Shown here in pieces: positions 8,506 through 17,862 of a DNA stretch of 64,000 nt. The DNA is from Alphaproteobacteria bacterium (GTDB lineage: Bacteria; Pseudomonadota; Alphaproteobacteria; MPNO01; UBA830). The notes below the pieces were generated by a model that saw nothing but the letters and a program-made list of their open reading frames with translations, was not told where the DNA came from and did no database searches. How positions within the stretch are numbered: the stretch's first letter is position 1; each line of letters opens with the position of its first letter. Where the stretch lies: the NCBI GenBank assembly GCA_965243135.1, contig OZ251539.1:3360001-3424000 (forward strand), read 5' to 3'. A program made the translations under genes and the position numbers.

Positions 8506-10749
8506 TTATTGAACATTTAAATGTTTGAGAATACTGACAGTGCTTTCTTGCAAATCTCTTTTCTCTTCGAATTGCAAAAACTCGTCGCCCGCTACAAGAT
8601 GAAACCATTTTGTCCGTTTACCGGATACAGGAACGTTATCTCGAATTTTTAGTCTATCGTACCGTTCAAGCAGCGCACAAATTTCATCCCAATGGTCTGA
8701 ATCGGTAATTCTTGTGGTATCCTCGTCTCCTTCTCTGAGCCAGTATCTTTGCATGGAAATGCGAGAAAATTTTTCAAGAAGCCTCCAACGTTCGTCAGGC
8801 ACCCCCTTTTCGTCCGGCTTATCAGATCGTTCGGCGATCCAATTCCTTATCCTATTAGCATCAAATATTCGCTCTTTTCTTCCAGAAACATCATGTAAAT
8901 TCAGCGACTGAACATTCGGTACATTATCTCCAAATTTGACGAACGGGCCAACGAACATTTCGTATGCTTCTACCTTGCGAAACGAAATACCGCTGAGGTC
9001 CGCATTTCCAACAACCAGTCTGCTTATTGAAAGATCAACCAATTCTCCCCTCTGCACCCCAATCTGGTCGGCCATCCAAACATCTTGCAATTGCACATTC
9101 TCCATAACGAAATCCCCTTCGGATTGGTCTTCCTCAAAAGGTATGAATGATAAAAGAAGACCGCCAAGATTGGAGGAAAAATATCCGATCGCGCTTCTCG
9201 TACGAAGGGCATCTTTCATCGATCTTCGAAGATCTATTTGCCTCGACACCGGAACGCGGCGAACAACGCTGTTGAAAATCCGAAAATCTTCAGCGTTAAG
9301 CGGTACACGATACATTGCATTCGTAGCGTTATGTTTCGGAAAATAGTTCAATATGTGTTTCGAATAGAAATATGACTTTATGATCTCGTGAGGAAATACG
9401 CGCACCCCGTCGTCGTTCACATCAATTTCAAAAAGGGCAAAACTCTCAACACGTTGAGCAAGCGATTTCTTGGTTTCCTCATTGAGGTGCCCTTCAAAGA
9501 CTTCTTCCGCGATAAGTCTCAAAAATTCCACGTCGATACGGTCCGACTCGTCATCCATCATCATTCGTGCCGCTTCCGACAGTATTGTCGAGTAAAGATC
9601 GGAAATAGAACCGGTATTCGTATGCTCCTCTCCTTGTGGTAACAATTTTTCGCTTTCCCGAATAACCATACCATCCATCAAATAGGAAATAGGATCCCCG
9701 CCGATTTCACTGTAACCGCTTGGTTCGAATTCTGATATTTTGGAAATGAAAAACGGGCGTCTTAAGTATTCAATGGTCTTTGTTTGCTCTTCTATCCGAT
9801 TTAGAACCTCTCTATTTTCACGCCCCTTCCATTTCGGCTTTTCGGAAAGCCATGCACGAATATCCCGTGGCTCTGGAAAGTCCAGATTTAATATTGTAAT
9901 AGCCGATTCCTTCACAGTATCCCCCATACCAGCGTGCACCGTCTCCCGGTTCAACATCGTATCCCGGCCTGCCAATATGCATGTGCCCTTGCCACCAAGA
10001 TCGCGTATGAAATCTCTCAACGCACCCCATGCCCGCTCGTAACCCCGACTGTCCGATAGCTCGTCGAATCCGTCTATCGCCACCTGAACGAGGTTACGCC
10101 TTACCAACGGCTTAAGCTCATCTCCGTAAAATCCGGCTTTTAGATTTGACAGAGTTCCAGCAATACGATCATCAAGTGCTGTAAGCACTTTGCCCAAACT
10201 CTTAACATGAAGAAGCAATGGGTTTCCAGATCTATAGGATAGCGGCAATGATCGCTCTCTTACCAGGCGCTCAATGAGCAAGGTTTTGCCAACACCAGCC
10301 ACTCCGTTTATCACAAAAATGTGAAGATCTTCGGACGATTCTTGCAGCAGCTTCGAAACATTCTCAAACGACAAATCACTCTTTTTTTCTGACTTTTCAC
10401 TTTCTGCATTTTTCCCAGAAACAATTTCGCCCCGACAAGCGATAAACGTTTTATTTTCGCCGCTCTTTTCGTCTATCAAGTTGCGCGTCTCATGTCGTTG
10501 AGCCATCGCGAGCCTTTCAAGATTGGCAAATTTTTTATTGAATAATAACGACCTGAAACTCATAAAATTCGACTTTACTCCGTCTGACGTCATTCGAATC
10601 CTGTCGCGATCTCTCACCAGACGAATTTTTTGACCTTCGCGCACCAATCTTATTGCCCATCCTTTCTCCCTATCAGCGTATTCAAAAGGTTCGAACGGAT
10701 CAGAAAAAATCCGTAAATCGTCAACTTCCGTTTGGATTTTATCGGTCAT
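8506..10749 (-). CDS. NACHT/STAND-like P-loop NTPase (747 aa), putative defence protein
   Basis: Walker A GVAGVGKT, Walker B VAIDGFDE, ILAGR sensor-like strand, RRPFF, winged-helix-like FPHEIIKSYF, pentapeptide-like C-terminal stretch; AT-rich. Confidence 0.75.
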   Translation of the reverse strand: MTDKIQTEVDDLRIFSDPFEPFEYADREKGWAIRLVREGQKIRLVRDRDRIRMTSDGVKSNFMSFRSLLFNKKFANLERLAMAQRHETRNLIDEKSGENKTFIACRGEIVSGKNAESEKSEKKSDLSFENVSKLLQESSEDLHIFVINGVAGVGKTLLIERLVRERSLPLSYRSGNPLLLHVKSLGKVLTALDDRIAGTLSNLKAGFYGDELKPLVRRNLVQVAIDGFDELSDSRGYERAWGALRDFIRDLGGKGTCILAGRDTMLNRETVHAGMGDTVKESAITILNLDFPEPRDIRAWLSEKPKWKGRENREVLNRIEEQTKTIEYLRRPFFISKISEFEPSGYSEIGGDPISYLMDGMVIRESEKLLPQGEEHTNTGSISDLYSTILSEAARMMMDDESDRIDVEFLRLIAEEVFEGHLNEETKKSLAQRVESFALFEIDVNDDGVRVFPHEIIKSYFYSKHILNYFPKHNATNAMYRVPLNAEDFRIFNSVVRRVPVSRQIDLRRSMKDALRTRSAIGYFSSNLGGLLLSFIPFEEDQSEGDFVMENVQLQDVWMADQIGVQRGELVDLSISRLVVGNADLSGISFRKVEAYEMFVGPFVKFGDNVPNVQSLNLHDVSGRKERIFDANRIRNWIAERSDKPDEKGVPDERWRLLEKFSRISMQRYWLREGDEDTTRITDSDHWDEICALLERYDRLKIRDNVPVSGKRTKWFHLVAGDEFLQFEEKRDLQESTVSILKHLNVQ

Positions 10750-11384
10750 CGTAAAACACCCCTATAGCTGTGAACGAGACTCTTCGCATGCGCCATGAAT
10801 TTGACGTTTACATTCGATTTTCTCAATAGTTTGACTTGTGCGCCCACCGCTTCTGCGGAAAACAAACCTGGTAATACATCGTCATCTTCGGAGACGACAA
10901 TGTATCTATCCGCCTCTTTACGCCACGCCAGAACCAGAAGGTCTGAAACCATAGCTGTGTCGACCATTTTTTCGCGCTTGCATCCGCCATCATAACGGAC
11001 CATATTCAACAAGTGAACGCCTTCCTTACGCGCCAGGCGGTCGCTTCTGCAAGCCAATTTGTCACCGGTTTGAATGCCTTCATTGCCTCCGTCGAAAACG
11101 CAATTCCCAAATCTTCTTGACGTTCTGGCGTAGTATTGCCTTAGCTTGTCGACGCCTCTTCGATAGTTCGTTGGAGTCTTCCCGCTCCACCATCCCGAAT
11201 ACAGACGAAGCCGCACCAGACACGGCGGCCGTCCAGACAGTTCTGTAAGGTATTCGGAAATTGCGAATTCGGCATATTGCAGAGCCATTTCAGCAATCTT
11301 GCGGTCTCGCTTCAACCCAGAAGCGCCCGACGCGATAACGGCAGTGTGCCAGTCAACAAATCCGATAACTTTTTCCGGGGGCAT
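10746..11384 (-). CDS. NYN/LabA-DUF88 (PIN-like fold) nuclease
   Basis: FVDW at the N-terminus, EKMVDTAMVSDL, IVVSEDDDVLP acidic motifs; ATGA overlap with the NTPase gene. Confidence 0.78.
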   Translation of the reverse strand: MPPEKVIGFVDWHTAVIASGASGLKRDRKIAEMALQYAEFAISEYLTELSGRPPCLVRLRLYSGWWSGKTPTNYRRGVDKLRQYYARTSRRFGNCVFDGGNEGIQTGDKLACRSDRLARKEGVHLLNMVRYDGGCKREKMVDTAMVSDLLVLAWRKEADRYIVVSEDDDVLPGLFSAEAVGAQVKLLRKSNVNVKFMAHAKSLVHSYRGVLR

Positions 11385-11759
11385 CGTCCATCCTAGCTGC
11401 GAGGTCCTCTGGCCCGATCTCGGAAGACCATGGGTGGAAATTCAGGGAGCTCCAATGGTAGATTGAACAAATGGAAATTTCAAGGGGGTACCCAAAAACC
11501 CCTGCGGTCGGCGGCGGAGAGCGGCACCCTTGCCCGCGCAATCTTCGTTGCGGATTGCGGGCGCGACAAGACCCTGCAAGGCTGGAATCCCGCCGCTGGC
11601 GTCTGTCGCCGCGAGTTGGCGCTTCTTCCGGGCGATTGTCCGGACCCCGCCGCCGCGCCCTCGACTTGTCGGAAACTACCTTCGGTCGGCGAACGCCTGT
11701 GGAGAATGCTGTCCCCGACCGTGCTATAGTCCGGCGTCCCGACACTGGAGGCTGGAAGC

Positions 11760-12929
11760 ATGTCCGTCGTCAACCGCATCGCCGAATTCCACGAGGAGAT
11801 GACCGCATGGCGTCGGCATATCCACGCCAACCCCGAGACCGCCTTCGAGGAACACGACACCGCCGACTATGTGGCTCTGAGGCTGCACGAGTTCGGGATC
11901 GACGTGCATCGCGGGCTGGCCGGCACCGGCGTCGTGGGAACCCTCAAGGGAGAAAAGGGGGAAGGTCCGGCCATCGTGCTGCGCGCCGACATGGACGCGC
12001 TCGACATCGAGGAGAAGAACGCGTTCGGCCACAAATCCCGGAACCCCGGCAAGATGCATGCCTGCGGCCATGACGGGCATACCGCGATGCTGCTTGGCGC
12101 CTCCAAGTACCTCGCCGAAACGCGGCGCTTCGCGGGAACCGTCCATTTCGTCTTCCAGCCCGCCGAGGAGAACGAAGGCGGCGGTCGCGTGATGATCGAG
12201 GACGGGTTGTTCGAGCGGTTTCCCGCCGAGTCGGTATACGGGATGCACAACGTACCGGGCATACCCGTCGGCGAATTCGCCGTCCGCCCCGGCCCGATCA
12301 TGGCTTCCTTCGACATCTTCGAGATAACGCTGACCGGCACCGGCACGCATGCCGCGATGCCGCATCTGGGCCGCGACGCCATGGTCGCGGCGGCGCAGCT
12401 CGTGACCGCGCTCCAGACCATCCGCAGCCGCACCGTCAGTCCGTTCGATTCCGCGGTCGTCTCGGTCACCCAGATGCATGCGGGCGACACCTGGAACGTA
12501 ATTCCCGAGGAGGTGGTCGTGCGCGGCACCACCCGCGCCTTCAAGGAGCATGTCCAGGAGCACATGGAGGCCGAAATCCGGCGCATTTCCGCCGGCGTCG
12601 CGGCCGGGTTCGCGGTCGCTGCGGAGACCCGCTACGAACGCCGTTATCCGCCCACGGTGAACGATCCGCGGGAGGCCGAACTCACGGCTCGCGTCGCGGG
12701 CGACGTGGCCGGCGCCCCGAACGTATCGCTCGACAAGGATCCGATGATGGGCGCGGAGGATTTCGCCTTCATGCTCAACGAGAAGCCCGGCGCCTACGTA
12801 TGGATCGGCAACGGCCCGCGCGACGGCGGCTGCATGCTCCACAACCCGAATTACGACTTCAACGACGACATACTGCCGCTCGGCGCCAGCTACTGGGCGC
12901 GGCTGGTGGAAACCAGGCTGGAAGCCTGA
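11760..12929 (+). CDS. M20D amidohydrolase (hippurate hydrolase-like)
   Basis: RRHIHANPE, RADMDAL, MHACGHDGH, FQPAEE, GAEDF. Confidence 0.95.
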   Translation: MSVVNRIAEFHEEMTAWRRHIHANPETAFEEHDTADYVALRLHEFGIDVHRGLAGTGVVGTLKGEKGEGPAIVLRADMDALDIEEKNAFGHKSRNPGKMHACGHDGHTAMLLGASKYLAETRRFAGTVHFVFQPAEENEGGGRVMIEDGLFERFPAESVYGMHNVPGIPVGEFAVRPGPIMASFDIFEITLTGTGTHAAMPHLGRDAMVAAAQLVTALQTIRSRTVSPFDSAVVSVTQMHAGDTWNVIPEEVVVRGTTRAFKEHVQEHMEAEIRRISAGVAAGFAVAAETRYERRYPPTVNDPREAELTARVAGDVAGAPNVSLDKDPMMGAEDFAFMLNEKPGAYVWIGNGPRDGGCMLHNPNYDFNDDILPLGASYWARLVETRLEA

Positions 12930-12967
12930 CGGCGCCGCGCCGCCTGGTAACGGCAAGGAGAAGGCTC

Positions 12968-14545
12968 ATGGCGACCGATGTTTTCGCCGGCGTGCGGCTC
13001 GCGCGCTCTCCGGTTTACGGCACCCGCGGGATGGTGGTGTCCGGCCACTCCCTGGCGTCCGCGGCCGGACTGCGGACCCTCGATCGCGGGGGCTCCGTGG
13101 TCGACGCGATGATCTCGACCTCGGCGGCCCTGTCGGTCGTGATACAACAAGCGACCTCGCTCGGCGGCGACGCGTTCTTTCTCTATCACGACGCGGCCGA
13201 AGAAAAGACGATCGGACTCAATGCCACCGGCCATGCGCCCGACGGCGCGACGACGGACTATTACGCGGACGGCATTCCCGACCGGGGGCCGAACGCGATC
13301 AGCGTGCCGGGGATGGTGCGCGGATGGGAGCGTCTGCACGAGCGATACGGCAAGCTTCCCTGGAACGATCTGTTCGACGATGCGATCGGCCTCGCCGAAG
13401 CGCACCCGGCGTCCCGCGTGCTGACGGCCGGACTCGACCTGTTTCGGGACGACGTGCTCGCCGACGACGGATGCCGGGCGGCCTATTTCGACGGCGGGGA
13501 ACGCATCCGGGCGGGCGACATCCTGCGCCAACCTGCGCTCGCCGAAAGCCTGCGCGCGATCGCGGCGGGCGGCAGCGCCGCCTTCTACGAAGGCGATATC
13601 GCGGCGTCGATCGGAGCTTGCGTCGCATCCGGAGGCGGCCTGCTCCAACCCGGCCAGTTCGCCGGCTACGAGCCCGAATGGGTCGAACCGCTGTCGACGG
13701 ACTATCGCGGCCACGCGGTGACGGTCATGCCGCCCAACTCCTACGGCATCCTGATGCTGATGCAACTCAACGGCCTCGCGGCGCTGGAGTCTTCGCAACT
13801 CGCCGGCAGCGACGCGGATCGGCTGGATTACCTGATGAAGGCTATGCAGGCGGCCTTCGACCTGGGGCAGCCCTGCATCGCCGACCCGCGCTACGAGGAC
13901 GCGCAGGTCGACCGCCTGCTGTCGGCGGAAACCGCGCGCGAGTTGCAGGACAGCGTCGCGAACGGCGGACGCCGCGCGACGTTCGAAAACAAGGGCGGCA
14001 CGTCCTGCATCGTGCTCGCCGACGGCGAAGGCAACGCCATGTCCGTGGTGCAGAGCGTGTTCCACGTCTTCGGCAGCGCCTTCCTGGACCCCGGCACCGG
14101 CATCCTGATGAACAACCGCATGACGGGTTTCCGGGTCGATCCCGCCGACCGGCGCAAGGTCGCTCCGCGCCGGCGACCGCCGCACACGCTGAATCCCGTG
14201 ATGACGTTCCGGAACGGCCGGCCGAAATATCTGATGACGACGCCCGGCGGTCCCGGTCAGACGCTTTCGATGGTCCAGGTGCTGACGAACCTCGTGGACC
14301 GGGGCATGGAACTGACCGCCGCCATCGAATACCCGCGCTGGAGCGTCAGCCTCGGCGGCGACTTCCTTCTCGAAGAAGGCTATTCCGAAGAGACGGCGCA
14401 GGAGCTCGAGCGGAGAGGCCACCGCGTGACGCACGGTTCGGGCTCGTCGTATTTCGGATCGGCCAAGACCATCGAAATCCTCGACAACGGCGTTCTGACG
14501 GGCGCCGCCGACACGCGCCGGGAAGCGTTCGCGGCCGGGCGGTAA
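12968..14545 (+). CDS. gamma-glutamyltransferase family Ntn-hydrolase
   Basis: LGGDAF, SVPGMVRGW, N-terminal nucleophile Thr in GGTSCIVLAD, TGILMNNR, TPGG. Confidence 0.92.
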   Translation: MATDVFAGVRLARSPVYGTRGMVVSGHSLASAAGLRTLDRGGSVVDAMISTSAALSVVIQQATSLGGDAFFLYHDAAEEKTIGLNATGHAPDGATTDYYADGIPDRGPNAISVPGMVRGWERLHERYGKLPWNDLFDDAIGLAEAHPASRVLTAGLDLFRDDVLADDGCRAAYFDGGERIRAGDILRQPALAESLRAIAAGGSAAFYEGDIAASIGACVASGGGLLQPGQFAGYEPEWVEPLSTDYRGHAVTVMPPNSYGILMLMQLNGLAALESSQLAGSDADRLDYLMKAMQAAFDLGQPCIADPRYEDAQVDRLLSAETARELQDSVANGGRRATFENKGGTSCIVLADGEGNAMSVVQSVFHVFGSAFLDPGTGILMNNRMTGFRVDPADRRKVAPRRRPPHTLNPVMTFRNGRPKYLMTTPGGPGQTLSMVQVLTNLVDRGMELTAAIEYPRWSVSLGGDFLLEEGYSEETAQELERRGHRVTHGSGSSYFGSAKTIEILDNGVLTGAADTRREAFAAGR

Positions 14546-14564
14546 GCCGCGCCGAAAGAGAACG

Positions 14565-16244
14565 ATGCGGGATGCCGACCTGATCTTCGTGAACGGCAGG
14601 GTCGTCACGCTCGACCCTGCGAACCGCATCGCGGAGGCGGTCGCCTGCCGGGGCGAACGGATCGCCGCGGTCGGGACGACCCGGGACGTCCGGACCATGG
14701 CCGGCGCCGAAACCAGGGTCGTCGACGCAAAGGGGAGGACGATCGTTCCCGGCCTGATCGACGGTCACGCTCATATGGACCGCGAGGGCCTCAGAGACGT
14801 CTTCCCGTCCCTCGAGGGTTGCCGGTCCGTCCGCGACGTTCTCGACCGCATCCAGGCGCTGGCCGCCGCCGCCGAACCCGGCGAATGGGTGGTCACCATG
14901 CCGGTCGGCGATCCGCCCTACTACTGGAACGTGCCCGGCTGCCTCCGGGAAAACCGGTTCCCGACTCGCCGCGAACTCGACGAGGCGGCGCCCGGCAATC
15001 CGGTCTACATTCGCCCCATCTGGGGCTACTGGCGCCATATCCTGCCGCTTGAGTCGGTCGCCAACACGCGCGCGCTCGAGCTCGCCGGCATCGGCAGGGA
15101 CAGCGTTCCGGAAACCGGCAGCATCTTCTTCGAGCGGGACGGAAAGGGCGAGCTGACCGGACTGATCCGGGAAGAGACGTTCATGCCGGTCGCCGAACTC
15201 GGCTACTTCCATATGGTGCCGCGCTTCACCCGGGGTCACCGGATCGACGGGATCCGGAAGGCGATGGAAATCTACAACGCGACCGGCACGACCAGCGTCC
15301 TGGAAGAACACGGCGCTGCGCAGGAACTGATCGCCGCTTACCGGACAGTCCGCGAGGCGGACGCTTCGACCGTTCGCGCCCATCTCGTCTTCAGCCCGTC
15401 CTGGGGCGCGGCGGAAGACATCGACTATGCGGCCGCGCTGGGCGGCTGGGGCGGTTGGCTCGGCGGACGCGGGCTCGGCGACGACTGGCTCCGGGTCTCG
15501 GGAATGTACACCGGCATCGGCGTCGACGCCGATGCGCGGTTCCGCTCCGCCGCGGCGCCCTATACCGGTTGGTCCGGCTTCAACTACGACCACGGCGTTC
15601 CGGAACGCCGCATGATCGAATTCCTGATCGAGGCGGCTCGCAACGACATCCGCATAGCCGTCATCGGACCGAAGTTCCTCGATCTCTTCGAACAGGTCGA
15701 TCGCCGGACGCCTCTCGCGGGCAAACGGTGGATCGTCGGCCATCTCGACGTGATGGACGAGAGGCGGATCCGGCAGGCGGCGGACCTCGGAGTAGGCATG
15801 ACCACTCACACCAACCGCTACGTCTACAAGCACGGACACATGCTGCGCGAGGAGCTGGGACCGGACGGCGAGAACGACATCGTGCCGCTCCGCAGGCTTC
15901 TCGATGCGGGGGTCAATATCGGGCTCGCCACCGACAACGTGCCGACGACCCTTTTCTATCCCCTCTGGCACGCGGTGTCGCGTCGCAATCTGTTCGCCGA
16001 AGACCGCATCGCGCCCGAACAGGCGCTGACGCGAGAGGAGGCGCTCCGCTGCGCGACGCTGGGCGGCGCCTGGCTGACCTTCGACGAGGACCTCAAGGGA
16101 TCGATCGAAGAAGGAAAGCTCGCCGACATGGCGGCGCTCTCCGCCGACCCGCTGACCTGCGCGGAAGACGAGCTTCGGGATATCGTGGCCGAAACCACCG
16201 TCGTCGGCGGCCGAATCGTATACGAACGGGGGCGCGCTGAATGA
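14565..16244 (+). CDS. amidohydrolase family 3 (YtcJ-like)
   Basis: PGLIDGHAH, LATDN, GSIEEGKLAD, TVVGGRIVY. Confidence 0.9.
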   Translation: MRDADLIFVNGRVVTLDPANRIAEAVACRGERIAAVGTTRDVRTMAGAETRVVDAKGRTIVPGLIDGHAHMDREGLRDVFPSLEGCRSVRDVLDRIQALAAAAEPGEWVVTMPVGDPPYYWNVPGCLRENRFPTRRELDEAAPGNPVYIRPIWGYWRHILPLESVANTRALELAGIGRDSVPETGSIFFERDGKGELTGLIREETFMPVAELGYFHMVPRFTRGHRIDGIRKAMEIYNATGTTSVLEEHGAAQELIAAYRTVREADASTVRAHLVFSPSWGAAEDIDYAAALGGWGGWLGGRGLGDDWLRVSGMYTGIGVDADARFRSAAAPYTGWSGFNYDHGVPERRMIEFLIEAARNDIRIAVIGPKFLDLFEQVDRRTPLAGKRWIVGHLDVMDERRIRQAADLGVGMTTHTNRYVYKHGHMLREELGPDGENDIVPLRRLLDAGVNIGLATDNVPTTLFYPLWHAVSRRNLFAEDRIAPEQALTREEALRCATLGGAWLTFDEDLKGSIEEGKLADMAALSADPLTCAEDELRDIVAETTVVGGRIVYERGRAE

Positions 16245-17329
16245 AAGCCGCCGATCTCGATACCCCGGTCCTGCTGCTGGACGCCGGCGCGCTCCGGCGC
16301 AACATCGCGCGAATGGCTGAAATGGCCGCCTGCCTCCGGCACCGTCCGCACGCCAAGACGCACAAATCGCCGACGATCGCCCGCATGCAGATGGATGCGG
16401 GAGCGGTCGGCATCTGTTGCGCCAAGCTGGGCGAAGCGGAAGTGATGGCGGCGGCGGGGATCGACAACATCCTGATCACCACCCCCGTGATCGGAGAAAG
16501 CAAGATCGGCCGGCTGCTGCTCGCGCGCAACCGGACCGCGGTCGCCGTGGTCGCGGACGACGAAGCCAACGTCGCCATGCTCGGCCGGTCGGCGCAGCTG
16601 GCGGGAACGAGTCTGGACGTGCTGGTGGAAATCGATGTCGGCCAGGGGCGCTGCGGCGTGCCGCCGGGCCCGGAGGCGGTGCGGCTCGCCCGCGCCATCC
16701 AGTCGCAGCCCCGACTGAAATTCGCGGGCATACAGGGCTACCAGGGCCGGATCCAGATGGTCGGCGACGCGGCGGAACGAAGCGCGGAAATCGACGCGGC
16801 GCTCGGTCGGCTGGACGAGACGGCGGCGGCCCTTGCGGCGGCGGGACTGCCGGCCGCCGTCAGGACCGGCGGCGGCACCGGTTCCTCTCCCTTCGACCTC
16901 AAGCGCGAATCGCTGACCGAGATCCAGCCGGGAAGCTACGTGTTCATGGACGCGGCCTATGGCGGCATCGGCTGGCCGGGCGCGGAATCGCCGCCCTTCG
17001 AACAGGCGTTGCATGTCCTGACCGCGATCGTCAGTCGTCCCGTCCCCGGCCGCGCGGTCGCGGACGCCGGGCTGAAGGCGGTAAGCAGCGATCACGGGCC
17101 GCCCCTGATCGTCGACGCGCCGGGCGCGACGTTCGAGTTCGGCGGCGACGAGCACGGCATCATCCGAATGCAGGACGGAAGCGACGTGCCTTTGGCGGTC
17201 GGAGACAAGCTGCGACTCGTTCCCGGGCATTGCGACACCACGGTGAATCTCCACGATCAGTACATGGTGATGGAGGGAGACGACATCGTCGACGTATGGC
17301 CGATCGCGGCTCGGGGCCGTTTTCAATAG
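16241..17329 (+). CDS. PLP-dependent D-threonine aldolase / DSD1 family enzyme
   Basis: RPHAKTHK (PLP lysine), RCGV, GGGTG, EIQPGSY, DEHG, PGHCD. Confidence 0.92.
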   Translation: MKAADLDTPVLLLDAGALRRNIARMAEMAACLRHRPHAKTHKSPTIARMQMDAGAVGICCAKLGEAEVMAAAGIDNILITTPVIGESKIGRLLLARNRTAVAVVADDEANVAMLGRSAQLAGTSLDVLVEIDVGQGRCGVPPGPEAVRLARAIQSQPRLKFAGIQGYQGRIQMVGDAAERSAEIDAALGRLDETAAALAAAGLPAAVRTGGGTGSSPFDLKRESLTEIQPGSYVFMDAAYGGIGWPGAESPPFEQALHVLTAIVSRPVPGRAVADAGLKAVSSDHGPPLIVDAPGATFEFGGDEHGIIRMQDGSDVPLAVGDKLRLVPGHCDTTVNLHDQYMVMEGDDIVDVWPIAARGRFQ

Positions 17330-17373
17330 GAGGCATTTGCGCTGCGCCATTTTTTTGTCGGTCCGCCGCGCGG
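17330..17373 (+). repeat. solitary IS terminal remnant (copy of the left end of the IS at 23786)
   Basis: 40/45 identity between 17329-17373 and 23785-23829. Confidence 0.75.
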
Positions 17374-17469
17374 TCGCACGCGACGGTGAGTCCTTGCGGC
17401 CTCGCCGCCTCCACTGCGGGGCGCGAGGGCGTCATGCGCCGACATCGGCAAAACCTCGGCGGGCACGGG

Positions 17470-17862
17470 TCACTTCAACTTCAGCAGGGGACTGTCCGGC
17501 GATTCCGGGCGCGGCCCGACCGTGCGATTTGCACAGTCCGCCACCAGGTCCAACGCTTCCAGTACAATCTGGCCGATCAACGGCTCGCTCAAGGGCGGGC
17601 CGACGATGCAGTCGGCGTTCATGAAGCGGTTGCCGATTTGCACCGTCACCGGCCCGGCGACCTGGCGGGTCTCCTCATTGGCGTAGGCCACGACCACCTC
17701 GCGTTGCGTTTCGAGCCCTAGCCGGTCGACGACGTCCTTCGGCAGCACGAGCATGACCGCGCCGGTGTCCACCACGCCCTCCACCGTCGTGCGACGCACC
17801 GTGGCTTCGTCGCGAAGCCCCTGTTTGACGACTCCGCGATCGACGGCGTTTTCCAGTTCCAT
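17470..17862 (-). CDS. clan AA (retropepsin-like) aspartic protease, AF_0612-like; start uncertain
   Basis: VDTGA catalytic motif, PLIGQIVLEALDL; GGAGG at about 17888 with no canonical start codon right after it. Confidence 0.8.
   Translation of the reverse strand: MELENAVDRGVVKQGLRDEATVRRTTVEGVVDTGAVMLVLPKDVVDRLGLETQREVVVAYANEETRQVAGPVTVQIGNRFMNADCIVGPPLSEPLIGQIVLEALDLVADCANRTVGPRPESPDSPLLKLK

Noticed and set aside
11482-11503. AGGGGGTACCCAAAAACCCCT hairpin at the island edge as a possible IS end
   Set aside because: No matching partner end or target duplication found at the other boundary.
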